A DNA stretch of 64,000 bases from an uncultured Planctomycetaceae bacterium (GTDB lineage Bacteria; Planctomycetota; Planctomycetia; Planctomycetales; Planctomycetaceae): the NCBI GenBank assembly GCA_963976765.1, contig CAXBME010000001.1, positions 372,001 to 436,000 of the forward strand. Reading direction: 5' to 3'. Each line of letters begins with the position of its first letter. Position 1 is the first letter of the stretch. The notes under the pieces were generated by a model. It saw nothing but the letters and a program-made list of their open reading frames with translations. It was not told the origin of the DNA and made no database searches. A program made the position numbers and the translations under genes. Shown here piece after piece: positions 42,453 through 50,678 of this stretch.

Positions 42453-43073
42453 CACAATAACCTTCCTGTTTGTATCGAGCAGAAAATCGCGGCTGTAGAA
42501 TCCAGCCGGACTGATCGGTGGAGGGAGTCCGGGGGGAACCCGAAAAATGGGGAGCGGGCCATGCTAACGCCCCCAACCCACTCGAGACAATCAATGCTGT
42601 CGCCCCTCGCCGGTCGCATGAACGCTGGCTTATCTCAAGCGATTTGGTCACGACGGGAAACCGGCTGATGCAGAGTCGCGACGGCGTAACGGTCGCCGCC
42701 GATCTGTGCGTCTTCGCGTCCAGGCGTGAAGTTCGAAAAGTCGCGCCTGCCTGGCGACGGAAGAGTGCCGGATTCCGGCCGGCCATTTTCGTTAGCCCCA
42801 CGTCGACGCTTCGTTGTCGAGTTTGCCCGTCCGTGACCAGCGAGACATTCGGAACAACCGTCACGCGCGAACCGTCGCGGAGTCTGACCGAATGGCCCGG
42901 CACTTGAGCTGACTTCAACTGTCTATCGGCTTTTCGAAAGTACCGTCGCGGTCACAACTGCAGTTGCGTCGTTGCCAATGTTGGCCGCCCCGGATCGTCG
43001 ACACTGAGTGACGTATCTCCGGCTTCTTCCGCTGAAGCCGGACATCGGCAGTGGACTATCTGACGGCAATGTC

Positions 43074-43913
43074 ATGCCCCCTTGTGCAACCACTACAACT
43101 CGCGCTGGTCGAACACGAGTTGCTCGCAGCCGCGCATTGGTGACGGACATTCTCCGTCTTCATCAGCGTAATCCGACGTTTGCTCATAACCGTGACATGC
43201 CGCTGGCCGAGTTGGCCGAAGCTCGCGACCGCGCCGCCGTTCGCATTTCCTGGTCGGCTTTGTTCATCAAGGCGTGGGGCGACGTCAGCAGCAGACATCC
43301 GATTCTTCGACAGACCTGGCGAACGTTTCCCTGGCCGCACATTTTCCAGCATCAGACTTCCGTAGCGAATCTCGCCGTCAGTCGCGTTCATGATGGAGTC
43401 GACTGGCTCTGCTGGGGACTGATTCGATCGCCCGAGCAGCGATCACTCGCAGAAATCCAGGCGACCATCGACGCCTTCAACAACGAGCCCGTTGACCGGA
43501 AATTTGCTCGACAACTGAAATTCAGCGGGCTGCCGACAATCGCCCGTCGCGCGATCTGGTGGTGGAACCTGAACATCGCGGGTGAGAAACGAGCCACTCG
43601 GCTGGGGACATTTTCTCTGACCACCGTTGCCGGTCGTGGAGTTGCCATCGAGCACCCACCGACTGTCATGACGACCGGTCTGACGTTCGCCCCGCTCGAT
43701 CACAACGGACGGATGAAAGTCACACTGGTCTACGACCACCGCCTGATGGATGGAGCCATTGTCGCGGATCGACTGATCAATCTGGAGCAGCAACTCAACG
43801 GCGCAGTGCTTATTGAACTGCGTGAGCTTTCTCGCCCGGCGCAGTCTCCGACGAGTGCTGAGGAATGTTTGAGTGCCGTACCGGAGCCTGCCCATCGACG
43901 AGACGCTGCGTGA
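43074..43913 (+). CDS. Stand-alone 2-oxoacid-dehydrogenase E2-type acyltransferase catalytic domain (no lipoyl domain)
   Basis: GTFSLT and catalytic YDHRLMDG; about 280 aa with no lipoyl or binding domain. Confidence 0.8.
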   Translation: MPPCATTTTRAGRTRVARSRALVTDILRLHQRNPTFAHNRDMPLAELAEARDRAAVRISWSALFIKAWGDVSSRHPILRQTWRTFPWPHIFQHQTSVANLAVSRVHDGVDWLCWGLIRSPEQRSLAEIQATIDAFNNEPVDRKFARQLKFSGLPTIARRAIWWWNLNIAGEKRATRLGTFSLTTVAGRGVAIEHPPTVMTTGLTFAPLDHNGRMKVTLVYDHRLMDGAIVADRLINLEQQLNGAVLIELRELSRPAQSPTSAEECLSAVPEPAHRRDAA

Positions 43914-43963
43914 TGGAATGCAGACGTTCCGCCACGCCAGATTCTTACTGGATAAGAAATCAA

Positions 43964-44036
43964 GTCACAGAGATCACAGAGGCCACTGAGAAAATTTCTG
44001 TCAGAACAACTCGGTGGCCTCTGTGATCTCCGTGGC
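43964..44036. repeat. Palindromic intergenic element (CACAGAGATCACAGAG type)
   Basis: 27-bp arms GTCACAGAGATCACAGAGGCCACTGAG and CTCGGTGGCCTCTGTGATCTCCGTGGC with 3 non-Watson-Crick positions. Confidence 0.85.
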
Positions 44037-44068
44037 AAAACTCCTTCAATTCAAACGCCCGGTCTTCC

Positions 44069-45514
44069 ATGTCCGCTTTCGAGCCAACAACTCAGACACT
44101 CCCGACGATCACCGGGCGACTGCGTGATTTCTCGGACGACCCGATAGCCTGCATGCGTCGAGTCCAGAGTGAAGCCGGGGATCTCGTTGCGTTGCAGGAA
44201 GGTGACCAGCAGCTTGTCTTTGCGTTCGGGGCCGGACTCAATCGACAGATCCTGAGCCGGGCAGACCGGTTTCATTCTCAATTCTTTGCCATTCGAGGCC
44301 CAAAGAATTCTGCTCAACGCCGTCTGACGTCCGGCCTGCTCAGCATGAATGGGAAAGAGCATTCACAGCAGCGGCGAACGATGAAGGCGGGTTTTGAAAA
44401 GCGGGCGATCCCAGGCTACTCCAGCATGATCGCCCATCATGCGCAGGAGATGCTCAACGACTGGCGGCCTGGCCAGACTCGCGATATTTCCTGCGAGATG
44501 ACCGGACTGATGCTGCGAATTTCCAGCTCAATGCTGTTTGGCATGGAAGAACCCGAACTGGCCTTTGAAATCGGTCGAATGATGGAACGCTGGGTGGAGC
44601 TGAATCAGGAACTGGGGATTGCGGCTCTGATCGCTACCGACGATTTTTATCCTCGCTATCAGCAGATGCTGACCTTTGCCGAGGAACTGGAAGGCCGCAT
44701 TCGAGAACTGATCAGCAGCCGCGCCGCCGACAGGTCAGCATCCGGCCACGACATCATCTCGATGCTTCTGCGTGCTCGGCAGGCCGGTGCTCCGATGACG
44801 GATTCGCAGCTCGTCGGTCAGACGGCGCTCGTGTTCGCCGCTTCGCAAATGACGACGGCCCACACGCTGACCTGGACGCTGTTTCTGCTCGCTCAACATC
44901 CGGAAGTCATGCGAGAACTGCTCGACGAAATCTCCGAAAATGCCGACGCCAGTTTTCGTATCGGCCCGCCGGACTCGGCCACCGGAATCATGCCGACCGG
45001 TTCAACGAGCGTGCTGGACCGGGTGATCCGCGAAAGCATGCGAGTCCTCCCGGCGTCGGCCTATTCGCAACGCGTCACCAACGGCTCGACCGAGTTGAAC
45101 GGTGCGCCACTGAAGCCGAACTCGCTGGTCATCTTCAGCCAGTTCATGACGCATCGCAACGAGCAGTTGTTTGAGTCAGCCAGCGAGTTCCGCCCTGGCC
45201 GCTGGAACACCATCCGCCCGACTGGTTACGAATACCTGCCGTTCGGAGGCGGAGCAAAACTGTGCCTGGGTGCGTCGCTGGCGATGTCGATTCTGAACAT
45301 CGTCCTGCCGATGACTCTTCGCAAAGCCGGCCTGCAGATTGTCCCGCACACGGAAGTGAACGGTCGAGTCATCTCGACCATGTTCTCTCCCGAGTTCCCC
45401 GTTCCCACAATCCTGCTGGCACCAGACACCATCGCCGATACCTCGCCCCTGACCGGCAACATCCACAACCTGGTCACCCTGCCAACCACCCGCGCAGACC
45501 GCGCCGCCGCCTGA
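44069..45514 (+). CDS. Cytochrome P450
   Basis: ExxR (ESMR), FRPGRW meander, heme motif PFGGGAKLCLG; I-helix AASQMTT. Confidence 0.93.
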   Translation: MSAFEPTTQTLPTITGRLRDFSDDPIACMRRVQSEAGDLVALQEGDQQLVFAFGAGLNRQILSRADRFHSQFFAIRGPKNSAQRRLTSGLLSMNGKEHSQQRRTMKAGFEKRAIPGYSSMIAHHAQEMLNDWRPGQTRDISCEMTGLMLRISSSMLFGMEEPELAFEIGRMMERWVELNQELGIAALIATDDFYPRYQQMLTFAEELEGRIRELISSRAADRSASGHDIISMLLRARQAGAPMTDSQLVGQTALVFAASQMTTAHTLTWTLFLLAQHPEVMRELLDEISENADASFRIGPPDSATGIMPTGSTSVLDRVIRESMRVLPASAYSQRVTNGSTELNGAPLKPNSLVIFSQFMTHRNEQLFESASEFRPGRWNTIRPTGYEYLPFGGGAKLCLGASLAMSILNIVLPMTLRKAGLQIVPHTEVNGRVISTMFSPEFPVPTILLAPDTIADTSPLTGNIHNLVTLPTTRADRAAA

Positions 45515-45529
45515 CGTCGACACCTCGAT

Positions 45530-45608
45530 GTGTGCCACTGGCTCTGCCAGTGTGGAATTATCGGTAGACGCCGAGTTCGGAAAGGTACTGGCAAAGCCAG
45601 TGGCAGAC
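45530..45608. repeat. REP-like element (CACTGGC-GCCAGTG family), copy 1
   Basis: GTGTGCCACTGGCTCTGCCAGTGT ... GTACTGGCAAAGCCAGTGGCAGAC. Confidence 0.8.
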
Positions 45609-45799
45609 CTTTTCGATTGAGAGTTGTAGAGACTCTTCACGGCCTGCCACTGATGGAAAACGACCGTCGTAAGCTCACTTGAGATGGGCGATCAGAAACG
45701 TGGCGGTGCGTGAGGTTGTTCGGTGGAAAATCGAGGCGGAGTCAGGGAACCTGTGTCGACACCCGTTCCGACGCACACCGTCTCCTCAGGATACCGCCC

Positions 45800-48700
45800 A
45801 TGCCGGCACCACAGTTTGAATCCAAAGAAGCCGAAGTCGCCTACCGGAAAGCCGAACAACGCATCGCCGAAGCGGCCCGCGAGAAGGAAGCTATTCTTGC
45901 TCTGAGTGGCCTCGGCCTGACGAGCGTTCCGCCGGAGATCGGCCAGCTCACCAGCCTCACCGTGCTGTACCTTCACGACAACCAACTGACTAGCGTTCCG
46001 CCGGAGATCGGCCAGCTTGTCAGCCTCGCCTCGCTGCGTCTTGACAGCAACAAGCTGACGAGCGTTCCGCCGGAGATCGGCCAGCTCACCAGCCTCACCA
46101 CGCTGCGCCTCGACCACAACCAGCTGACGTCACTGCCGCCGAAGATCGGTCAGCTTGCCAGCCTTACCATGCTGCACTTTCAGTACAACCAATTGACGAG
46201 CGTGCCGGCGGAGATTGGCCAGCTTGCCAGCCTCACCACGCTGTTCCTCGACAACAACCAGCTGACGAGCGTTCCGGCGGAGATCGGCCAGCTCACCAGC
46301 CTCACCACGCTGAGCCTTTACAACAACCAACTGACGAGCGTGCCGCCAGCGATCGGCCAGCTCGCCAGCCTCACCAAGTTGCACCTCGACGATAACCAAC
46401 TGACGAGCGTTCCGGCGGAGATCGGCCAGCTCACCAGCCTCACCACGCTGAGCCTTTACAACAACCAACTGACGAGCGTGCCGCCAGCGATCGGCCAGCT
46501 CACGAGTCTCACCGCACTGCGTCTTGACAGCAACAAGCTGACGAGCGTGCCGGTGGAGATTGGCCAGCTTGCCAGCGTCGCCATGCTGAGTCTCGACAAC
46601 AACCAACTGACGAGCGTGCCGCTGGAGATCGGCCAGCTCACCAGTCTCACCACGCTGTACCTCGACGATAACCAACTGCAAACGCTGCCCGAGGAACTGC
46701 GTCGGCTATCGAAGCTCAAGGTATTATTTCTCCACGGCAACCCGCGCCTGAAACTGCCGGCCTCCTTGCTGGGCGTCGAATATGGCGATTGGGACCGCAA
46801 AGTCGAGACAGCGCCCAAGGCGGGGCCGATTCTGGATTATTACTTCGGCACGGTCCTCGCCAATGAACGGCGACCGTTGAATGAAGCCAAGCTGATTCTG
46901 GTCGGACGAGGCGAAGCGGGAAAAACGTCGCTTGTGAAGCGGCTGGTTGAGAACAGGTTCTCGCGTCGGGAAGACACGACGCAGGGGATCCGCATTCAAC
47001 AGTGGCCGATCACCGTCGGGCGGAAGAAGGACGAAGTCCGACTGAATGTCTGGGACTTTGGCGGGCAGGAAATCATGCACGCCACGCATCAGTTCTTCCT
47101 GACCGACCGCAGTCTGTACCTGCTGGTGCTCGACGGTCGCGCCGGACAGCAGGAGGCCGAAGCCGATTACTGGCTGCGACTGATTTCCGGCTTCGCGCCC
47201 GAGTCGCCGGTGCTGGTCGTGCTGAACAAAATCAAAAAAGACCACTTCACGCTCAACCGAGACGCTTTGCGGCAGAAGTACCCGCAGATTCAGGATTTTA
47301 TCGAAACCGACTGCGACAACCCCGGCTCGAACAAGAAGCCCGGCCAGAACGGTCATGGCATCGACAAACTTCGCAAAGCCATTGCGAAACACGTCAACAA
47401 ACTGCCCGACGTGCGAATGGCATTTCCGAAGAGCTGGTTCGCCGTCAAGGAGAAACTGTCGAAAAGCCAGACGTCACGCCGAACGTCGGCATCGCGACAG
47501 AAGAACTTTCTGACGCTCGACGAGTTCCGCGACGAATGCGAAGAGCTCGGCGAAACTGATCCCGGTAAACAGGAAAGTCTGAGCGCCATTCTGCACCGCT
47601 TGGGGATCGCGCTGAATTTCAGCGACGACCGGCGGCTGAACGATCGCCACGTGCTGAATCCTCACTGGCTGACGACCGGCATCTACACGCTGCTGAATTC
47701 CAAGACGCTTGCTTCCCGCAAGGGAGAGCTGCGTCCGAAAGATCTCACCAAAGAACTCGACGTACGCCACTACCCCGCCGACATGCACCCGTTCCTGATC
47801 CACCTGATGGAGAAGTTCGAGCTGTGCTTTGGCTTCAACGATGCGTCGGAGACAGGGAAGAGTCGAAGGAAGTCAAAATCGAAAGGTGCTGAGCAACTGC
47901 TCGATCGATACCTCATTCCCGAACTGCTCGACCCCGAACAGCCTTCCGCCGCACGATCCTTCGACGAGCAGAAGTGCCTCAACTTCCAGTACGACTACCC
48001 GGTTTTGCCACCGGGCCTGCTGCCACGTTTCATCGTCCGAACTCACGTACTGAGCGAGACGCATCGCTGGAAGACGGGTGTAATTCTCTCGTTCGAGGGC
48101 AACACGGCTCTGGTCAAAGCGGACCCGCAGGAGCAAATCATCCGCGTCCTGATCAACGGCCCTGCCGCCGGACGCCCGCGCATGCTGGCCGTCATTCGCG
48201 AAGACTTCGACGTCATTCACCGCGACATCCCACACATGAAGCCGCAGGAACTGATCTCGTTCCCGGACCATCCTTCGATCACCGTGCCGTATCAGGAAAT
48301 TGAAGTGCTGTACGACGCCAGCCCCGAGACCCCGGTTGTTCGCGTCAAGGATGGCGAGGTCGTGTCTCACACCGCTGGTGAACTGCTGCTCGGTGTCGAG
48401 TTCGGCATGACGGCTGAAACCGGACGGCGGCGAGCTGTTCGCCCGGGTGTCCGAAAGTCCGATCGCCAGTCTCGACAACCGGATGCGTTCGTCGCTTTGT
48501 CGGGCGACCAACCGTTGCGGGTTTTCTACAGCTACTCACGGCTCGATGCCAAACAGCGGCTGAAGCTTGCCAAACACCTGTCCCCGCTGGAGCGGATTGG
48601 CCTGATTCACACCTGGCACGACAACGAGATTCTGCCGGGCGCCGAGTTCAACCCGGAAATTGCCGAAAAGCTGAATGAGTCCGACATCATCCTGCTGCTG

Positions 48701-48991
48701 ATCAGCCCGAACTTCACAGCGTCGGATTACTGCATGACCATCGAGCTGTCGCGCGCGATGCGGCGCCACCAGTCGGGAGCGGACAACGTCGCGGTGCTGC
48801 CGGTGATCGTCAGTCCGACGACCGGCTGGAAGAAGCAGAAAGCGGAAGGCGTGAAGCTCGGCGATCTGAACGCTCTTCCGGAGGCCGGCAAAGAGATTCC
48901 AAAGTGGAAACCGCAGGACAACGGCTGGGCAAACGTCGCCGCCGGAGTAGAACGCGCTGCGGAAGCCCTGCGGAAGAAACGTGGATTGTGA
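45800..48991 (+). CDS. Roco protein: LRR - Roc GTPase - COR - TIR
   Basis: 11+ LRRs; P-loop GRGEAGKTS, G2 TTQGI, G3 WDFGGQ, HATHQFFL; COR VLNPHWL...LMEKFELCF...YLIP; TIR VFYSYS...TWHD...LLISPNF...YCMTIEL. Confidence 0.93.
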   Translation: MPAPQFESKEAEVAYRKAEQRIAEAAREKEAILALSGLGLTSVPPEIGQLTSLTVLYLHDNQLTSVPPEIGQLVSLASLRLDSNKLTSVPPEIGQLTSLTTLRLDHNQLTSLPPKIGQLASLTMLHFQYNQLTSVPAEIGQLASLTTLFLDNNQLTSVPAEIGQLTSLTTLSLYNNQLTSVPPAIGQLASLTKLHLDDNQLTSVPAEIGQLTSLTTLSLYNNQLTSVPPAIGQLTSLTALRLDSNKLTSVPVEIGQLASVAMLSLDNNQLTSVPLEIGQLTSLTTLYLDDNQLQTLPEELRRLSKLKVLFLHGNPRLKLPASLLGVEYGDWDRKVETAPKAGPILDYYFGTVLANERRPLNEAKLILVGRGEAGKTSLVKRLVENRFSRREDTTQGIRIQQWPITVGRKKDEVRLNVWDFGGQEIMHATHQFFLTDRSLYLLVLDGRAGQQEAEADYWLRLISGFAPESPVLVVLNKIKKDHFTLNRDALRQKYPQIQDFIETDCDNPGSNKKPGQNGHGIDKLRKAIAKHVNKLPDVRMAFPKSWFAVKEKLSKSQTSRRTSASRQKNFLTLDEFRDECEELGETDPGKQESLSAILHRLGIALNFSDDRRLNDRHVLNPHWLTTGIYTLLNSKTLASRKGELRPKDLTKELDVRHYPADMHPFLIHLMEKFELCFGFNDASETGKSRRKSKSKGAEQLLDRYLIPELLDPEQPSAARSFDEQKCLNFQYDYPVLPPGLLPRFIVRTHVLSETHRWKTGVILSFEGNTALVKADPQEQIIRVLINGPAAGRPRMLAVIREDFDVIHRDIPHMKPQELISFPDHPSITVPYQEIEVLYDASPETPVVRVKDGEVVSHTAGELLLGVEFGMTAETGRRRAVRPGVRKSDRQSRQPDAFVALSGDQPLRVFYSYSRLDAKQRLKLAKHLSPLERIGLIHTWHDNEILPGAEFNPEIAEKLNESDIILLLISPNFTASDYCMTIELSRAMRRHQSGADNVAVLPVIVSPTTGWKKQKAEGVKLGDLNALPEAGKEIPKWKPQDNGWANVAAGVERAAEALRKKRGL
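45917..46705 (+). repeat. Tandem 69-bp LRR-coding repeat array (about 11.4 units)
   Basis: Unit consensus LxSLTxLxLxxNQLTSVPxEIGQ; unit starts at 45947 + 69n. Confidence 0.95.
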
Positions 48992-49013
48992 CCGCCAACT
49001 GTCGTAGTTGAAG

Positions 49014-49057
49014 TCGTGGGGCCGGTTCCCAACGACCGGTAGGAACCGGCCCTACGA
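49014..49057. repeat. GTAG-type REP hairpin between convergent genes
   Basis: TCGTGGGGCCGGTTCCC ... AGGAACCGGCCCTACGA. Confidence 0.75.
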
Positions 49058-49070
49058 TAATTGCTGGCGA

Positions 49071-50345
49071 TTACTTGCGGATGTCGTAGCAGAGCAGGGC
49101 GTTCTGGTCGCGGGCGTAGAGGAGTCCGTCGACGATGACGGGGTGTGGCCAGCTTTTGCCATTCTTCGTCGCGAGCTTGAACGAGCTTTTCAGGCGGTAC
49201 TCTTCCGGCGTTGCTTCGATCAGGGCCATCGTGCCGTCTTCGTAGCGAAAGTAGAGATGTCCGTCCGCCAGAAGAATTGCCGCTGAACCGCTGCCGGGAC
49301 CACGACCGCCGGACCAGACTTCTTTGCCGGTTGAAAAATTAATACACAACGGGAAACCGTTGTTGTGACCATGTCCGCAGTAGATGTGGTCGCCGTAGAC
49401 AATCATTCCACCGTGGTGGTTCTGCATGTCTTTGGCGTCGAGAAAGTACTTTTCTTCTGCCACCAGGCGATTGCCTTCTTTTCTGATCTGAAGGAGGGCG
49501 GCTCCAGTTCCGTAACCGGTTGAGCAGAAGACGAAGTCGCCTTTGACAAGCGGTGTGGGAATGTTAGCCGTGCCGTTGGCGATGCGGTTGTAAGACCAAA
49601 GCTGTTTGCCATTTTCTGCGTCAATCGAGATGACTCCGCGACCGGTCAACTGAACGTACTGTTTCACTCCAGCGGCGTGGCTGATCACGATTGATGAGTA
49701 TCCGGCTCCGTCTTTGCCTCGACCGCCGATGTCGTCCGGCATGGTTGACTTCCAGATTGTCTCGCCGGTCTTCTTGTTGAGTGCCACCACGACGGCGTCT
49801 TTCGCGCCGGGTGTGCAGACCAGTCGGTCGCCATCGAGCAGAGGCGATTCACTGTAGCCCCAGCCGGACATCATGCTTCCACCGAAGTCCTTCGGGAAAT
49901 CTTTCTGCCAGGCAATTTTCCCGGTCACGACATCAGCGGCGACCAGGTGTCCGTCCCGCCCCAGTGCATAAACCAGCCCGCCGTCGACAGTCGGCGTGCA
50001 GTTGGGATTCCCACCTTTGGTGGGAGTCGCCCATAACTCATGCCCACCATCAAGTTCGAGAGCGATCAGTTCGCAGCCATTCTTACGGCTGCCCATCGTG
50101 AAGATGCGACCGTCTGAAATAGCGATTGATGAGTAGCCACGTCCGATGCCATCAATCTGCCACTTGAGTTTCGGGCCGTCGTCTGCCCATTCAGGCTGAA
50201 GTCCGGTTTCGTCCACAGCAATGCCGTCGCGATGTGGGCCCCGCCAGGACGGCCAGTCATTGGCCGATGCCGTTTGCAATTGCTGAGCGAATATGAGCAA
50301 CCCAATACCGAAGAGCATTAATGAGCGGAATTCTGCCTGGAGCAT
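49071..50345 (-). CDS. PQQ-binding-like beta-propeller protein
   Basis: Signal peptide, NDWPSWRGP, GYSESP, WPHPVIVDGLLYAR. Confidence 0.88.
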   Translation of the reverse strand: MLQAEFRSLMLFGIGLLIFAQQLQTASANDWPSWRGPHRDGIAVDETGLQPEWADDGPKLKWQIDGIGRGYSSIAISDGRIFTMGSRKNGCELIALELDGGHELWATPTKGGNPNCTPTVDGGLVYALGRDGHLVAADVVTGKIAWQKDFPKDFGGSMMSGWGYSESPLLDGDRLVCTPGAKDAVVVALNKKTGETIWKSTMPDDIGGRGKDGAGYSSIVISHAAGVKQYVQLTGRGVISIDAENGKQLWSYNRIANGTANIPTPLVKGDFVFCSTGYGTGAALLQIRKEGNRLVAEEKYFLDAKDMQNHHGGMIVYGDHIYCGHGHNNGFPLCINFSTGKEVWSGGRGPGSGSAAILLADGHLYFRYEDGTMALIEATPEEYRLKSSFKLATKNGKSWPHPVIVDGLLYARDQNALLCYDIRK

Positions 50346-50678
50346 TGGTTCGAAACCTGTGGTCAAGAGGCGGGAAGAACTGCCGAATCCGGCAGCAGGG
50401 AATGTGGGAGCAAAGTGAAAGAAGTCGATCGAACTGCCGAAGAGTCGACTGATCGCGCGCGGCCTGAATATAGTCTGACTCGCCGTCGCCAACAATTCGT
50501 ATCGAGTCCGTCGTTGCCGCCGGTTTGTGCAGGGCAGGTTCTGCCGGACGAACTTCAACGTGTGCAATGCCGATATTCAGTACCGAACTCCGTCAGGCAG
50601 AACCTGACCTGTGACAACTCAATCAATTCTGAGAACCCCTTCGCCGCCATCATTCAGATTCACCAGAGGTCGCCGAAC

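Noticed and set aside
45692..46681. Repetitive minus-strand ORFs (GEAGELADLRRNARQ...)
   Set aside because: Reverse-complement reading of the LRR repeat array
45917..46705. Regularly spaced repeat with variable intervals resembling a CRISPR array
   Set aside because: Period is 69 bp in frame within a long ORF encoding LRRs; the variable parts are homologous to each other and no cas genes are present
45800..48991. Diversity-generating retroelement acting on the LRRs
   Set aside because: No reverse transcriptase or separate template repeat in the window, and unit differences are not adenine-restricted
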